64,000 bases of DNA from Candidatus Gottesmanbacteria bacterium (GTDB lineage Bacteria > Patescibacteriota > Microgenomatia > UBA10105 > UBA927), in NCBI GenBank assembly GCA_963714095.1, contig OY970230.1, positions 70,206 to 134,205 of the forward strand, written 5' to 3'. Position 1 is the first letter of the stretch. Each line of letters opens with the position of its first letter. Both the position numbers and the translations under genes were made by a program. Below the pieces are notes generated by a model. The model worked only from the letters and a program-made list of their open reading frames with translations, did not search any database and was not told the origin of the DNA. Shown here piece by piece: positions 53,697-63,999 of the stretch.

Positions 53697-54934
53697 AAAA
53701 TTTTTCTTCCTGTCAAAGTCTTTCGTACATCCAGCATCGCGGAATAGTTTGCCAAAATCCACAACATATCTTCTTGAGGAATATCACTAACAATTGTGGC
53801 GGCAACACCTGCATATTTCAATCTGAGGGCCATATCAAGCGCCCGGTCACCACTGACATAATATTTTAGGAAATTTTTATAATCTTCAAAGTCCACATCC
53901 CAAATCCAGCTCACATCACGGCCATCCGGAATCCCGTCATTGAGAACCAACAGAACTGGCCCTTTATCCCTCGAAGCGGCAACAGTCCGCAGCGATTCGT
54001 TGAAACCGGTCGGATTTTTCGACAGCAATATCTTTATTTTTTTATTCTTATACATAATTGTCTCCATCCGTCCGAATGCGGGCGTAAAATGGGTCAGAGC
54101 CCCGCGGATATCCGATGCTCGTATGCCGAGAGTCTTCGTTGTTAATGCCGCCGCAAGCGTGTTGTATCTGTTGTATACTCCCTCCAGAGGACTGACGAAA
54201 TCCGCAGCTGTAACGTCTTTTTTGGGTGGAACGAGGGGGCAGTGCCCGCATGCCCACTTCCCGAGGTGCGAGTAATAGACGCCGGCAAAGGTTAAACGCG
54301 CGCCGCAGTTCGGGCAATAAATCGAATCAGAAGCGTGCTGCATCGACGGCAAAAAGAGTGACGGGTCTTCAAGCCCGAAATACTTCACACTAGCCGAAAT
54401 TTTTGATCCGATAAATGCCAAATGCGGATCGTCGGCGTTCACGATTACACTGGTCTGGCGCTCTAAAGCTGAGAGTGCTACAGTCCATTTTTCAGCAATC
54501 GTATCCACTTCCCCATACCGGTCCAGCTGGTCGCGGAATAAATTGGTGAGAACGATAACTTCCGGAGTTATATCCTTAAGAATATTGGGCAATGTTGCTT
54601 CATCAACTTCAAAAATATAATAGTCTGCTTTTTGATTTGCCAAAAACACAGAAACCAACCCGTTATCCAAATTGGCGCCACTTGCATTCCGTGTTACCCT
54701 CTTTCCGTTTTGCGTGAGAATTGTCTCAATCATTTTTACCGTCGTTGTTTTTCCGTTGGTGCCTGCAACCAAGATAATATGCTTCGCGTTGGCACCTAAC
54801 GTCCGTAATATCCGTGGATTTATTCGTAATGCAATTTCCCCCGGCCACGTCGCGCCGGCTCCAATACGGAATGTTGTGCTAAAGAATGAAACAAATTTAC
54901 CTAATACTATTGCAACTCGCGTCCGGAGGGTCAT
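53693..54934 (-). CDS. murT: Lipid II isoglutaminyl synthase ligase subunit
   Basis: GTNGKTT, RDQLDRYGE, CPNC/CGHC Zn finger, KNPTG, DGRDVSWIWD. Confidence 0.9.
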   Translation of the reverse strand: MTLRTRVAIVLGKFVSFFSTTFRIGAGATWPGEIALRINPRILRTLGANAKHIILVAGTNGKTTTVKMIETILTQNGKRVTRNASGANLDNGLVSVFLANQKADYYIFEVDEATLPNILKDITPEVIVLTNLFRDQLDRYGEVDTIAEKWTVALSALERQTSVIVNADDPHLAFIGSKISASVKYFGLEDPSLFLPSMQHASDSIYCPNCGARLTFAGVYYSHLGKWACGHCPLVPPKKDVTAADFVSPLEGVYNRYNTLAAALTTKTLGIRASDIRGALTHFTPAFGRMETIMYKNKKIKILLSKNPTGFNESLRTVAASRDKGPVLLVLNDGIPDGRDVSWIWDVDFEDYKNFLKYYVSGDRALDMALRLKYAGVAATIVSDIPQEDMLWILANYSAMLDVRKTLTGRKIL

Positions 54935-54953
54935 TACATGCATTATATCAGGG

Positions 54954-55859
54954 TTACATAGCACGAAGTATTTTTATCCGCTCCGCTATCGGCGGATGGG
55001 TGTCGAAGAGGCCGGAAAACCAGGCTCCGAAGTTTTTGCCTTTAAACGGATTGACAATAAACAAATGGGCCGTCGCGTTTGTCGCTGTCGGCATAACATC
55101 CTTATCTTTTGACAGTTTTTCCAAAGCACTGGCAAGCCCCTCAGGATACCGCGTCAGATAGGCGCCGGAGGCATCTGCCAGATACTCACGTTTGCGGGAC
55201 ACCGCAAGCTGAATCATGGTCGCGATAATCGGGGAAAGAATGGCCAGAACGATACCCACGATCATAAGAATTCCCTGCAGATTCCCATTCTCATCACGGC
55301 TGCGCCTCGCGCCGCCCCACCAGAGCGTCCGCATGAACATGTCTGCCAAAAATGCAATCGTGCCAACAAGTACAGCAACGACCGCCATAAGCCGCGTATC
55401 AAAATTTTTAATATGCGAAAGTTCGTGTGCAATAACGCCCTCAAGTTCCCGCCGGTCCAAACGCTCCAATATACCGCTTGTTGCACAGACGACGGCGTGC
55501 TGCGGATCGCGGCCAGTGGCAAATGCGTTCATCGCCGGATCATCGATGACATAGAGCTTCGGTTCGGGGATACCGGCTGCGATAGCAAGATTTTCCGCAA
55601 CCGTATAAAAATCAAAGTCACGCCGGCGATCGGCTGGTCTGGCGCCGCTCATTGCCAGAACCATCTTATCCCCCCAGTAGTAACTGGCAAAACTCGCAAT
55701 GACGGCGATAACGACGGCGATAAACATCCATGAGTCGCCGTACCCCAAGGCGTTCCCCATCACATACCCGACCAGAATCACAAACGCCACAAAAAGCGTC
55801 ATAAAGACGTAGGTTTTTGTGACGTTACCACGGATCTGAGACGTAATCGTCGTTGCCAT
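54954..55859 (-). CDS. htpX: HtpX-like M48 membrane protease
   Basis: NAFATG, HELSH, SRKREYLAD, THPP. Confidence 0.92.
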   Translation of the reverse strand: MATTITSQIRGNVTKTYVFMTLFVAFVILVGYVMGNALGYGDSWMFIAVVIAVIASFASYYWGDKMVLAMSGARPADRRRDFDFYTVAENLAIAAGIPEPKLYVIDDPAMNAFATGRDPQHAVVCATSGILERLDRRELEGVIAHELSHIKNFDTRLMAVVAVLVGTIAFLADMFMRTLWWGGARRSRDENGNLQGILMIVGIVLAILSPIIATMIQLAVSRKREYLADASGAYLTRYPEGLASALEKLSKDKDVMPTATNATAHLFIVNPFKGKNFGAWFSGLFDTHPPIAERIKILRAM

Positions 55860-55861
55860 GA

Positions 55862-56416
55862 TTACTCAAAATTAACCTTTACCGGTTGGCGGTCCGCATC
55901 ACTTGCGCCGAAGAATTCCTTGTCCGTAAATCCTAAATTGGAAGCTACCAGAGAATTCGGGAACAGTTTAATTTTCGTATTAAACTCCATAACGGAACTG
56001 TTGTAATACTGCCTGGAGTAGGCGACTTTATCTTCCGTATCGGACAGTTCCTTTTGGAGCTGTATAAAGCTGTCGTTTGCCTTCAGCTGCGGATAGTTCT
56101 CGGCAATAGCCAGCAGTTTCCCGAGTGCCCCTGAAAGTGCATCGCTTGCCTTGGCTTTTGCCGACATACTTTCTGCTCCGAGCATTGCTTTATGTGCATC
56201 GGTAACCGCCGTCATAATGGATTTCTCGTGCTTCGCATACCCTTTGACGGTCTCGACAAGATTGGGGATAAGGTCCGCGCGGCGCTTGAGCTGCACGTCT
56301 ATCTGACTCCATGCCTCATCAATGTGCATTTTAAGCGTCACCAGGCCGTTATAAAGAGACCATACATACAAAACAAGAACAACAAGGATAATGCCGACAA
56401 TAACTAGTGGACTCAT
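55862..56416 (-). CDS. lemA: LemA family protein
   Basis: IDVQLKRRADLIPNLVETVKGY, ENYPQLKA. Confidence 0.95.
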   Translation of the reverse strand: MSPLVIVGIILVVLVLYVWSLYNGLVTLKMHIDEAWSQIDVQLKRRADLIPNLVETVKGYAKHEKSIMTAVTDAHKAMLGAESMSAKAKASDALSGALGKLLAIAENYPQLKANDSFIQLQKELSDTEDKVAYSRQYYNSSVMEFNTKIKLFPNSLVASNLGFTDKEFFGASDADRQPVKVNFE

Positions 56417-56417
56417 A

Positions 56418-58196
56418 TTATGCTCCTTTCAAAAGCCATGTCTTAAAATCATTATACCGCAAACAGTTGAGAATGTCATGCTTCGTTGCCCATCCGCGCC
56501 GGGCAACCGAAACACCGTATTTCATAAAGTCCATACCCGCAACTTCGTGAGAATCCGTATCAATACAAAACTTCAACTTCTCTTTCACGGCATCATATAC
56601 CAATACATCCGGCAAATCCAACCGCGAAGGCGACGCATTAATCTCCAATGCGATATCGTTTGTCTTACAGATGGAAAAAATTTCCGGCCAGTCAGCATCA
56701 ACTCCTTCCCGACTGCCAAGGAGTCTTGCCGTAGGATGACCGAATATGCGTACTTTCGGGTGGTACGCTAACGCTCTGAGAATCCGCTGAGTTATTGTTT
56801 TACGGTCCTGCGTAAAACTTGAATGCAGCGACGCGATAACACCGTCGACAAAATCAAACGCCCCAGAGGGCAAAGCTAGTTTTCCGTCGGGAAGGATATC
56901 AACTTCGCACAGAAGAAAATAGTGAACACTTTTTTTATTCTTTTTTTGCCATGAGGAATATTTGTGTTCATACCATTCTTTCCGCCTTTTCATAATTTCA
57001 ACAATTTGTTTTTCATTATGGTTTCCAATACTCGGGTTGTGGTCGCTTATCCCTATATAGTCGTACCCCAAAACCGCTGCGCGATCCAGATAATCGGAAA
57101 ACTGGTCAACCCCAAGATCATGGGAAGGTTCAAGATTATAATCCGTATGGATATGAAGATCCCCCCTGATATCGGAAAGTTCCACAATCCGCGGCATGGT
57201 TCCTTTGCGGGCCGCTTCTATTTCTCCGTTATCCTCCCGCAGCTCCGGAGGAATATACGTAAGTCCAAGTGCTTTATAAAACGCTTCTTCTGTCGTAAAC
57301 GAATCAATCTTCCCGCTTGAAACGTGCTTAATTCCGTATTCAGACAACGACAATCCGCGGGATAACGCAAAAGAGCGCAGTGCGATATTGTGATTTTTGC
57401 TGCCCGTAAAATACTGCAGCATCGCTCCGTACGTCGCCTGGCCCGCGACCCGAAGATCTACCTGCCGGCCGTTATGAAGCCGAAGGGATGCCCCTGTCGG
57501 GCCCTTTTCAATAATCTCCTGGTGGGGATACGCAAGAAAATGCGTAATAATTTCCTTGGGTTTACCGGTCACCACGGCGATATCAATATCACCGATCGTT
57601 GATACCTGCCGCCTCAGGCTTCCAAGTACATCAACACGTTGCACCGAAGGATCTTTTTTCAAAAACGCAATGACATCATCGGCAATCCCGTCCGCGACCG
57701 GCAGTGCCATACGGTTTTCTTTAATCTGGCCTTTCCGGTATATTTCAATATTCGTCAAAATATCCTCTTCAGACTTGTCACCAAATCCTTCAATCGGGGC
57801 GATCTTATGAGCTTTCGCCGCTTTCTCAAGTTCTTCGATAACCTTTTTTTCATTTCGAAGCTTCAATTCCGTCACTAATTTATACGCTTTTTTAGGACCG
57901 ATGCCGGGAACCAGAAGCAAAGGAAAAACTGCGGCTGGTAATTTTGCCATAACGCTATCGAAATGTTTTGAATGGCCGGTCCGGAATAATTCGTCTAAAT
58001 GAGATGCAAGGGTATCACCCACTCCCGGGATTTCCTGAAGTTTTTTATCATCCCAGTAATCTTTCAGTTCACTCGTCAGATGCTCAATACTGTCGGCAGC
58101 CCGCTGGTAGGCGATAATACGGAACCGGTTTTCTCCGAGGATCTCGTATGCGGCGGCGACTCTTCGTAATAATTCAGCGATTTCAAGATTTGTCAT
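56418..58196 (-). CDS. polX: DNA polymerase X / PHP 3'-5' exonuclease
   Basis: GSLRR, GDIDI, VDLR, YFTGSK, IPPELRE, DLHIHT, DTDSH. Confidence 0.95.
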   Translation of the reverse strand: MTNLEIAELLRRVAAAYEILGENRFRIIAYQRAADSIEHLTSELKDYWDDKKLQEIPGVGDTLASHLDELFRTGHSKHFDSVMAKLPAAVFPLLLVPGIGPKKAYKLVTELKLRNEKKVIEELEKAAKAHKIAPIEGFGDKSEEDILTNIEIYRKGQIKENRMALPVADGIADDVIAFLKKDPSVQRVDVLGSLRRQVSTIGDIDIAVVTGKPKEIITHFLAYPHQEIIEKGPTGASLRLHNGRQVDLRVAGQATYGAMLQYFTGSKNHNIALRSFALSRGLSLSEYGIKHVSSGKIDSFTTEEAFYKALGLTYIPPELREDNGEIEAARKGTMPRIVELSDIRGDLHIHTDYNLEPSHDLGVDQFSDYLDRAAVLGYDYIGISDHNPSIGNHNEKQIVEIMKRRKEWYEHKYSSWQKKNKKSVHYFLLCEVDILPDGKLALPSGAFDFVDGVIASLHSSFTQDRKTITQRILRALAYHPKVRIFGHPTARLLGSREGVDADWPEIFSICKTNDIALEINASPSRLDLPDVLVYDAVKEKLKFCIDTDSHEVAGMDFMKYGVSVARRGWATKHDILNCLRYNDFKTWLLKGA

Positions 58197-58268
58197 ACGC
58201 TTTGCAGATTTATCCTAGCACAAACGTTGTACGGGCCGCAATTTTCTATTATAATGCGGCATAGTGAT

Positions 58269-58343
58269 GGGATCGTAGCTCAGCCTGGTTAGAGCGTCTC
58301 CCTGTCAAGGAGAAGGTCGCCGGTCCGAACCCGGTCGGTCCCG
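58269..58343 (+). tRNA. tRNA-Asp(GUC)
   Basis: GGGATCG/CGGTCCC acceptor; TCTCC-CTGTCAA-GGAGA; G discriminator. Confidence 0.92.
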
Positions 58344-58408
58344 CACACATCTCGTCAAAACAGATGACTGCTCTTTCACAACTGCCTGGAACGGAGGAAA
58401 CAAATTGT

Positions 58409-58960
58409 ATGTGGAAAAAACTCGTTAAACAATTTAACTCAACTGATTCGATAGTGTCACTCATCCTGGGACTGGCCGTAGTACTCGTTGTTGGTCTGAC
58501 AATTTTCAATTACGTCAAGTCCAAAACACAACCTGCGGCAAGCACAACGCGTACGACAAACGAAAAACCCGCAGAAACGACTCCCTCCCTTCCGACAAAA
58601 CATACGGTTATAGAAGGCGAATCGCTGTGGACTATTGCCGAAACGTATTACAAAAGTGGCTATAACTGGGTGGATATCCGGGACGCAAATAGTCTGGCAA
58701 ATCCGAGCCTTATCGAGGCAGGACAAACCCTGACAATCCCGGACGTTGCTCCAAAATTAGTCTCAACACCGGCAATCAGTGCGGCATCCGTAAGCGCAAA
58801 ACCCAAAGATGCCAGCTACACCGTGGTCGCAGGCGACGATCTGTGGAATATTGCGCTCAAAGAATACGGAACAGGATATAAATGGGTTGATATAGCGGCA
58901 GGAAATAAACTTGAAAATCCTGGGATCATCCATGCAGGAAACGTCCTGACGATGCCCTAA
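58409..58960 (+). CDS. Membrane-anchored double-LysM protein
   Basis: TM helix; HTVIEGESLWTIA and YTVVAGDDLWNIA; SD GGAGG. Confidence 0.92.
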   Translation: MWKKLVKQFNSTDSIVSLILGLAVVLVVGLTIFNYVKSKTQPAASTTRTTNEKPAETTPSLPTKHTVIEGESLWTIAETYYKSGYNWVDIRDANSLANPSLIEAGQTLTIPDVAPKLVSTPAISAASVSAKPKDASYTVVAGDDLWNIALKEYGTGYKWVDIAAGNKLENPGIIHAGNVLTMP

Positions 58961-59022
58961 AATCGGTATTGTTTCGAAATAATACAGAGTACAATGAAAA
59001 AGGCACCGGGCTTTTTTCATTC

Positions 59023-59093
59023 GCGGGATTAGTACACCGGTAGTATGCCACCTTCCCAAGGTGGAGAAGCCAGTTCGATTCTGGTATCCCGCT
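59023..59093 (+). tRNA. tRNA-Gly(CCC)
   Basis: GCGGGAT/ATCCCGC acceptor; CCACC-TTCCCAA-GGTGG; GTTCGA. Confidence 0.92.
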
Positions 59094-59112
59094 CAGGAGT
59101 ATAACCAATAGT

Positions 59113-59478
59113 ATGGGAATACTGACAGAATATAATCCTGATTTGGCACTTCGTGCCTTTACTGAATATAAAAAGGGCAATCGGATGGTAGATGAATGCG
59201 TGCCTGAACAACTTGTCCGCGGAAAAATATACGGATTTTCCAAACGCGGTCAGAGAAATTATTGGTTGGAGGGAGAAATTCCGCTTCTTATCACAAAAGG
59301 CAACCAACAGCTCAGTAAACCAATCGCCAGTATCCGTATTCTCGAAGCAACTCATCTTTTGCTGAACAAAACTCCATGGACAAAAGGCTCATATAAAGTC
59401 ATCGAGGTTTATAATAACAAAGATAAGCGGGTTCACTTTAATGGGTTTGCGAAAATTCAGCGTTCCGCAACAAAATGA
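59113..59478 (+). CDS. Hypothetical protein (possibly DUF2584-like)
   Basis: MG..TEYN...F.K.G.R.Y...IPL pattern recalled from memory only. Confidence 0.55.
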   Translation: MGILTEYNPDLALRAFTEYKKGNRMVDECVPEQLVRGKIYGFSKRGQRNYWLEGEIPLLITKGNQQLSKPIASIRILEATHLLLNKTPWTKGSYKVIEVYNNKDKRVHFNGFAKIQRSATK

Positions 59479-59987
59479 AACTCTACAGATTTAGTCCTAT
59501 CAAAAACAAATCCGAATTACTGAAGGCAATCACATATATCCATTTCGCATGCCATAGGCTTTGCAAACAATCATTCGGCAACTATCTGCCGATCGCCAGA
59601 AATATCGGCGTATTTTGCCACTACGATGAAGAATTTCTTACACTTACCAATCTTCGCAAGGAAATGTCGGATGCGGGAGATAATTGGAACAATAAGTATT
59701 TCCGCTTACATGAACCGATTACAGTTCCTGCAGAAAAAGGTATCCTCCAAACTACTTACACATACCTTTATATCCGAAAGCCGGATCCAACCCATCCTCA
59801 GGCGGGCGACCTTGATTTTTATTTAGAACCCTCAAAGTATGCCGAACTGAAAAAAACATTATTGACAGGCAATGAACTTAAAGGGGCGAGAATTCTTAAA
59901 CGGCCTGATTTGGATTACGTGGAGCTATACGATCCGAATATTGACGCATATGGATACGTGGGTACACACAGAATGACAATGCTGTAA
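59475..59987 (+). CDS. Hypothetical protein
   Basis: 170-aa ORF, ATGA-coupled to the previous gene. Confidence 0.65.
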   Translation: MKLYRFSPIKNKSELLKAITYIHFACHRLCKQSFGNYLPIARNIGVFCHYDEEFLTLTNLRKEMSDAGDNWNNKYFRLHEPITVPAEKGILQTTYTYLYIRKPDPTHPQAGDLDFYLEPSKYAELKKTLLTGNELKGARILKRPDLDYVELYDPNIDAYGYVGTHRMTML

Positions 59988-60027
59988 AGTTTACCCGCAT
60001 GCCCTGCTCTGCTAAAATAGGACTACT

Positions 60028-60098
60028 GCCTCCTTAGCTCAACGGCCGAGCAGCGGTATCGTAAACCGTAGATGACAGTTCAATTCTGTCAGGAGGCT
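60028..60098 (+). tRNA. tRNA-Thr(CGU)
   Basis: GCCTCCT/AGGAGGC acceptor; GCGGT-ATCGTAA-ACCGT; GTTCAA; TAAAAT upstream. Confidence 0.88.
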
Positions 60099-60101
60099 CA
60101 T

Positions 60102-60818
60102 ATGGTATATTCAAGACTTAACAGGGTTGCTGACCGCAAAGAAAAACGGAGGCTTGTGCTGGCAGTTGTCGGTATTCTGGCAATATTTACCCTCCTCATT
60201 CTTTTCGGCGTCAAGGCGCTTATCGGTTTTAGCCTTTTAGTCGAAAAAATAAAAGGCAACCCAACTACGACACCGACGCAACAATCTCAAACGTTTATTT
60301 TGCCTCCGACGATAGATCCGCCTCCCGTTGCCACCAACAGTGCCGCTATTCCCGTTACGGGCAAAGGACAATCAGGGCTCAGTGTGATTCTCTACGTCAA
60401 CAACAGCAAATTTACGCAGCTTCCCGTCAAACAGGACGGCACATTCCTTATCTCCTCCGTTGCCCTTACCAGCGGCGCCAATACCATCAGCGCAAAACTG
60501 ACGGACGCAAAAGGTAATCTCAGCGACCTGTCGAATATCGTTTCCGTCACCTACAGCAACACGCCGCCGAAGCTCGTCATCAGTGATCCAGCGGATAATA
60601 CGACCGTTTCCGGAGATCCCAATACGGTTACCGTCAACGGCATGACTGATGATAATGTCACGGTCACCATTAACGACCGTGTGGTTGTTATAAAAACCGA
60701 TGACTCATTTAGTTACAGTTATCCCTTAAACGAAGGAGATAATATACTGAATATTGTAGCAACCGATGCGTCCGGAAATCAGACAACCGTCCAGCGCAAA
60801 ATCACGTACCACAAATAA
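60102..60818 (+). CDS. Membrane-anchored protein with two Ig-like domains
   Basis: TM helix; LTSGANTISAKLTDAKGN and LNEGDNILNIVATDASGN. Confidence 0.85.
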   Translation: MVYSRLNRVADRKEKRRLVLAVVGILAIFTLLILFGVKALIGFSLLVEKIKGNPTTTPTQQSQTFILPPTIDPPPVATNSAAIPVTGKGQSGLSVILYVNNSKFTQLPVKQDGTFLISSVALTSGANTISAKLTDAKGNLSDLSNIVSVTYSNTPPKLVISDPADNTTVSGDPNTVTVNGMTDDNVTVTINDRVVVIKTDDSFSYSYPLNEGDNILNIVATDASGNQTTVQRKITYHK

Positions 60819-61911
60819 CGGCGCCCGTCAGGATCCATATCCATATCATCACCCACGGATAAAACAGACTGTTGACGAACAAACTGTGTACGAGGATGGC
60901 CACAACACTGACAATATAGAACATAGATTTTTCCCCAGCCCGAATCATCATAATAAGAAGATATATATACGCGGCAAAACCGAAGACCCCTGTTGTTGCA
61001 AGAACAAAAAGGATGCTGCTGTCCAAACCTGAAGCGGATTTGGATATAATAGCCGACGGCGCCTTATTGAGATACCGAAGGGTGTCAAACCCGTAGCCGA
61101 AGAGCGGCGCTTTTGCAATCAGCTGCAAGCTATCCTGCCAATTCCCGACTCGCGCCTGCGACGAGTCCTGCCTCAACAGGCTCAGTGTACTCCCTGAAGT
61201 TCTTGGAAGAACAAAGACGAGTACCGCAAACGCAACAATACCCAATGCGATTTTCCACTGTTTCGTCCATGCGGCGAAACAGAGAACAGCTACGGCAAGC
61301 GCGGCGTAGCTACTCCGGGAATACGTCAAAAGTAAAGAAACAAACGCGACGATCTGTCCGATGATAAGGAGATAATTGTGTTGCTTTTTCTTCCACAAAC
61401 CGAATCCCAAAAGAAGCGTCAGCACCAAAAGTATTCCCGCAAAATTAGGATCTAAAAGGCTGGAAAACAACCGATAATAATGCGGGTCCCATCCCAGATA
61501 CATGAGATTCCGCAAGTCCGGGTACAGAAAAAACTGGAGAAGCCCGATAACGCCCAGTCCGACGCCGACTATATACAGACCTTGGAGCCAAAAATGTACG
61601 TATTTCTTATCCTGAACAACAATACAATAAAGCGCGGCATAAAACGACCACCGTACGAGGTATAAACTTCCAAATCCGATTTCGGGAAGGGGAAAACGGA
61701 ATATATTAACAAACAACGAAAGCGCAGCGACTGCGATAAACAGTAGAATCGGCTTGGTGAGCTTTGAACCACGGAATTTACGAACAGAAAATAGAAGCAG
61801 GAGAACTAATACAATATCATGCACGTAAACGACGACTCCCGGAAAGGGTGATATTCCTCCCAGTTGTCCTGCCAAAAGGCTCGCAAGAAACAGAACGATA
61901 AGAATAGTCAT
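60802..61911 (-). CDS. O-antigen ligase/polymerase family membrane protein
   Basis: RLFSSLLDPN, LTYSRS, PLFGYG, LVHSLF. Confidence 0.85.
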   Translation of the reverse strand: MTILIVLFLASLLAGQLGGISPFPGVVVYVHDIVLVLLLLFSVRKFRGSKLTKPILLFIAVAALSLFVNIFRFPLPEIGFGSLYLVRWSFYAALYCIVVQDKKYVHFWLQGLYIVGVGLGVIGLLQFFLYPDLRNLMYLGWDPHYYRLFSSLLDPNFAGILLVLTLLLGFGLWKKKQHNYLLIIGQIVAFVSLLLTYSRSSYAALAVAVLCFAAWTKQWKIALGIVAFAVLVFVLPRTSGSTLSLLRQDSSQARVGNWQDSLQLIAKAPLFGYGFDTLRYLNKAPSAIISKSASGLDSSILFVLATTGVFGFAAYIYLLIMMIRAGEKSMFYIVSVVAILVHSLFVNSLFYPWVMIWIWILTGAVICGT

Positions 61912-62654
61912 TATTTTTCCTTCGGATGCCACAAAAGCCACAGCTTCGCGCGCGTCAGAAATGAATGAAAACTCATGGCTAACGCCAAGACTGCTCCCGC
62001 GGTACCGTCAAGAAATCCGAGGTACAGGACGTAATCCATAAAAAACTTGACCTTTGGATACGCGATAATATGCCACCACGACACGTGTACATTTTTGGAA
62101 TAGAGGTACCGTGCATTGATCGTTGAATATCGATTTATATCAGTAATAAATTGTGCGACGTCTTGATGGGGGAAATGATCGAGAGGGTGTGAAAGCTCAC
62201 CGATGCTGCCCCTCACATTCCACACCTCATGAACAGTTCTTTTCCATATGCCTGAATTCTTTTTGGCTAACCGCAGGAGACGGACTCTTCCCGTCTCCCC
62301 GTGGCGCAATGGCTTCCCGAAGAGGTAATCCGTGCGTTTTATGTAAAATCCTGCACAGTCAATTTCCAGAACTTTTTGAATTTCTTTCGCCAAATCCGTA
62401 GGAACGACCTCATCACTGTCCATAAACAGTATCCACTCCCCTGCTGCTTTTGCCAGTCCGAAGTTCCTCTGCGCCGCAAAGTCATCATTCAGGCGGTGTT
62501 GATATATTTTTGCATGAAAATTTTTCGCAATTGATACTGTCCCGTCTGTCGAAAAATCGTCAATAACAATAAGTTCGCCGCACCAGGTGAGACTGGTGAG
62601 AGTCCGGCCGATGGAATCTTCATCGTTGTGGGATAATACGATTGCACTTATCAC
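61911..62654 (-). CDS. GT2 glycosyltransferase
   Basis: DDFSTDGT, DFAAQRNFGL, MDSDE, VHE, GFLDG. Confidence 0.9.
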   Translation of the reverse strand: MISAIVLSHNDEDSIGRTLTSLTWCGELIVIDDFSTDGTVSIAKNFHAKIYQHRLNDDFAAQRNFGLAKAAGEWILFMDSDEVVPTDLAKEIQKVLEIDCAGFYIKRTDYLFGKPLRHGETGRVRLLRLAKKNSGIWKRTVHEVWNVRGSIGELSHPLDHFPHQDVAQFITDINRYSTINARYLYSKNVHVSWWHIIAYPKVKFFMDYVLYLGFLDGTAGAVLALAMSFHSFLTRAKLWLLWHPKEK

Positions 62655-62678
62655 ACGTCCATTATATCATTGCCAGGA

Positions 62679-63692
62679 ATGAAACTATTAGCGCGTCTAT
62701 CGCCGGTATCCGTGTTCCTTTTCATTTGTGCCGTGTACATAACCGGTTTTTTTGCTCATGCGGAGTATCTTCACAAAACCGTCTACGGGGACGGCATGTA
62801 TTACTACGCTTGGCTTACCCTGCAGCCAAACAAATTTTCAATAGGACCGGCACTCTTTTGGGTTCCTGCATATCTTCTGACACACAATCAGATAATCGTG
62901 GGATTAACAGATGTTCTTGCTGCTATTTTTTCACTTCTTCTCTTGTGGAATCTCCTGCTCAACTATTTCAATAAAACCGTCAGCATCATGACTGTCACCG
63001 CAGTTGCCGGAGCAAGTAACCTGTTGTTTTACGGATCCCTCGATGTGGTAAATTCCCACGCGTTGACCTTTTTTGCCGCGACGGTCTTTCTCTCACTTCT
63101 GTATTCCAAACATAAACAATGGATCGCCATCGGAGCCGCTCTGGGACTGCTTGGGTTAATGCGTACCCAGGATATCATTTACGGAATACTTCTTCTCCCG
63201 TTTATCACTAAAAAAAATATTCTGCCGATTATTACAGGTTTTTTTCTTCTGTTTTTACCGCAATTATGTGCATGGCAATGGACCTCCGGAAAGTTTTGGG
63301 TTAGCCCGTATCTTACGGACGGCGAGGGATTTACTTTCCTCCGTCCCCATATCATCGGGGTGCTTTTTGGCCTGCAAAACGGCCTCTTCCTGTGGACACC
63401 GATCACGCTTCTTGGCGCGGTCGGTCTCATAGCAAAAAAACGGTTTCTATTTTTATCGGTATTTATTCTTGAACTCTACACCGTTTCTTCCTGGAGCACG
63501 TGGTGGCAGGGGGCCTCATACAGCGGGCGGATGTTTGTGAGTTCACTCCCGGTTCTCTCATTCGGTGTTGCGTCCGTCTTTTCTTGGCTTTCACGGTACA
63601 AATGGACGAAGGCATATTTTCTTATTGCAATTATTATTCCGTTATCAGTGATAAACGCGATGAACATCGTCTACTTTCTTTTACGCACATAA
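62679..63692 (+). CDS. Multi-TM protein, GT-C-fold glycosyltransferase-like
   Basis: GDGMYYYAW, GLFLWTP, WWQGASYSGRMF. Confidence 0.65.
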   Translation: MKLLARLSPVSVFLFICAVYITGFFAHAEYLHKTVYGDGMYYYAWLTLQPNKFSIGPALFWVPAYLLTHNQIIVGLTDVLAAIFSLLLLWNLLLNYFNKTVSIMTVTAVAGASNLLFYGSLDVVNSHALTFFAATVFLSLLYSKHKQWIAIGAALGLLGLMRTQDIIYGILLLPFITKKNILPIITGFFLLFLPQLCAWQWTSGKFWVSPYLTDGEGFTFLRPHIIGVLFGLQNGLFLWTPITLLGAVGLIAKKRFLFLSVFILELYTVSSWSTWWQGASYSGRMFVSSLPVLSFGVASVFSWLSRYKWTKAYFLIAIIIPLSVINAMNIVYFLLRT

Positions 63693-63702
63693 GTTACGCG
63701 GT

Positions 63703-63999
63703 TTAAAATATCAGAATGCTTCCTCCCACAACCCCTACGACTGGCCGGTTCTCAAATTGCGGATCGTGATTATATCCGCAGTAATACCAGTTGGAAACGC
63801 TTATGGCGACCATGATTTTTGTTGAAGCATACGGTAAGTTGATATGATGGAACGCACAAATATCCTCAAAGCGGTGGCTCCCGTACGCAAAATCACTGAC
63901 AAGACCATACCGGTCCCCGTTATCACGCCCGAAGTAGGAAAAGCTGACAAACCCGGGTCGTATTGTTTGTATATACCGCTCAAAATCCGGCAGACTTTG
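63703..63999 (-). CDS. C-terminus of a probable ArnT/GT39-like membrane glycosyltransferase (partial)
   Basis: Open minus frame QSLPDF...FSYFGRD...AISVSN...VVGGSILIF*. Confidence 0.5.
   Translation of the reverse strand, partial: QSLPDFERYIQTIRPGFVSFSYFGRDNGDRYGLVSDFAYGSHRFEDICAFHHINLPYASTKIMVAISVSNWYYCGYNHDPQFENRPVVGVVGGSILIF

Noticed and set aside
63801-63983. 60-aa minus-strand ORF
   Set aside because: Another minus frame (63999-63703) is open throughout and looks like a real protein C-terminus.
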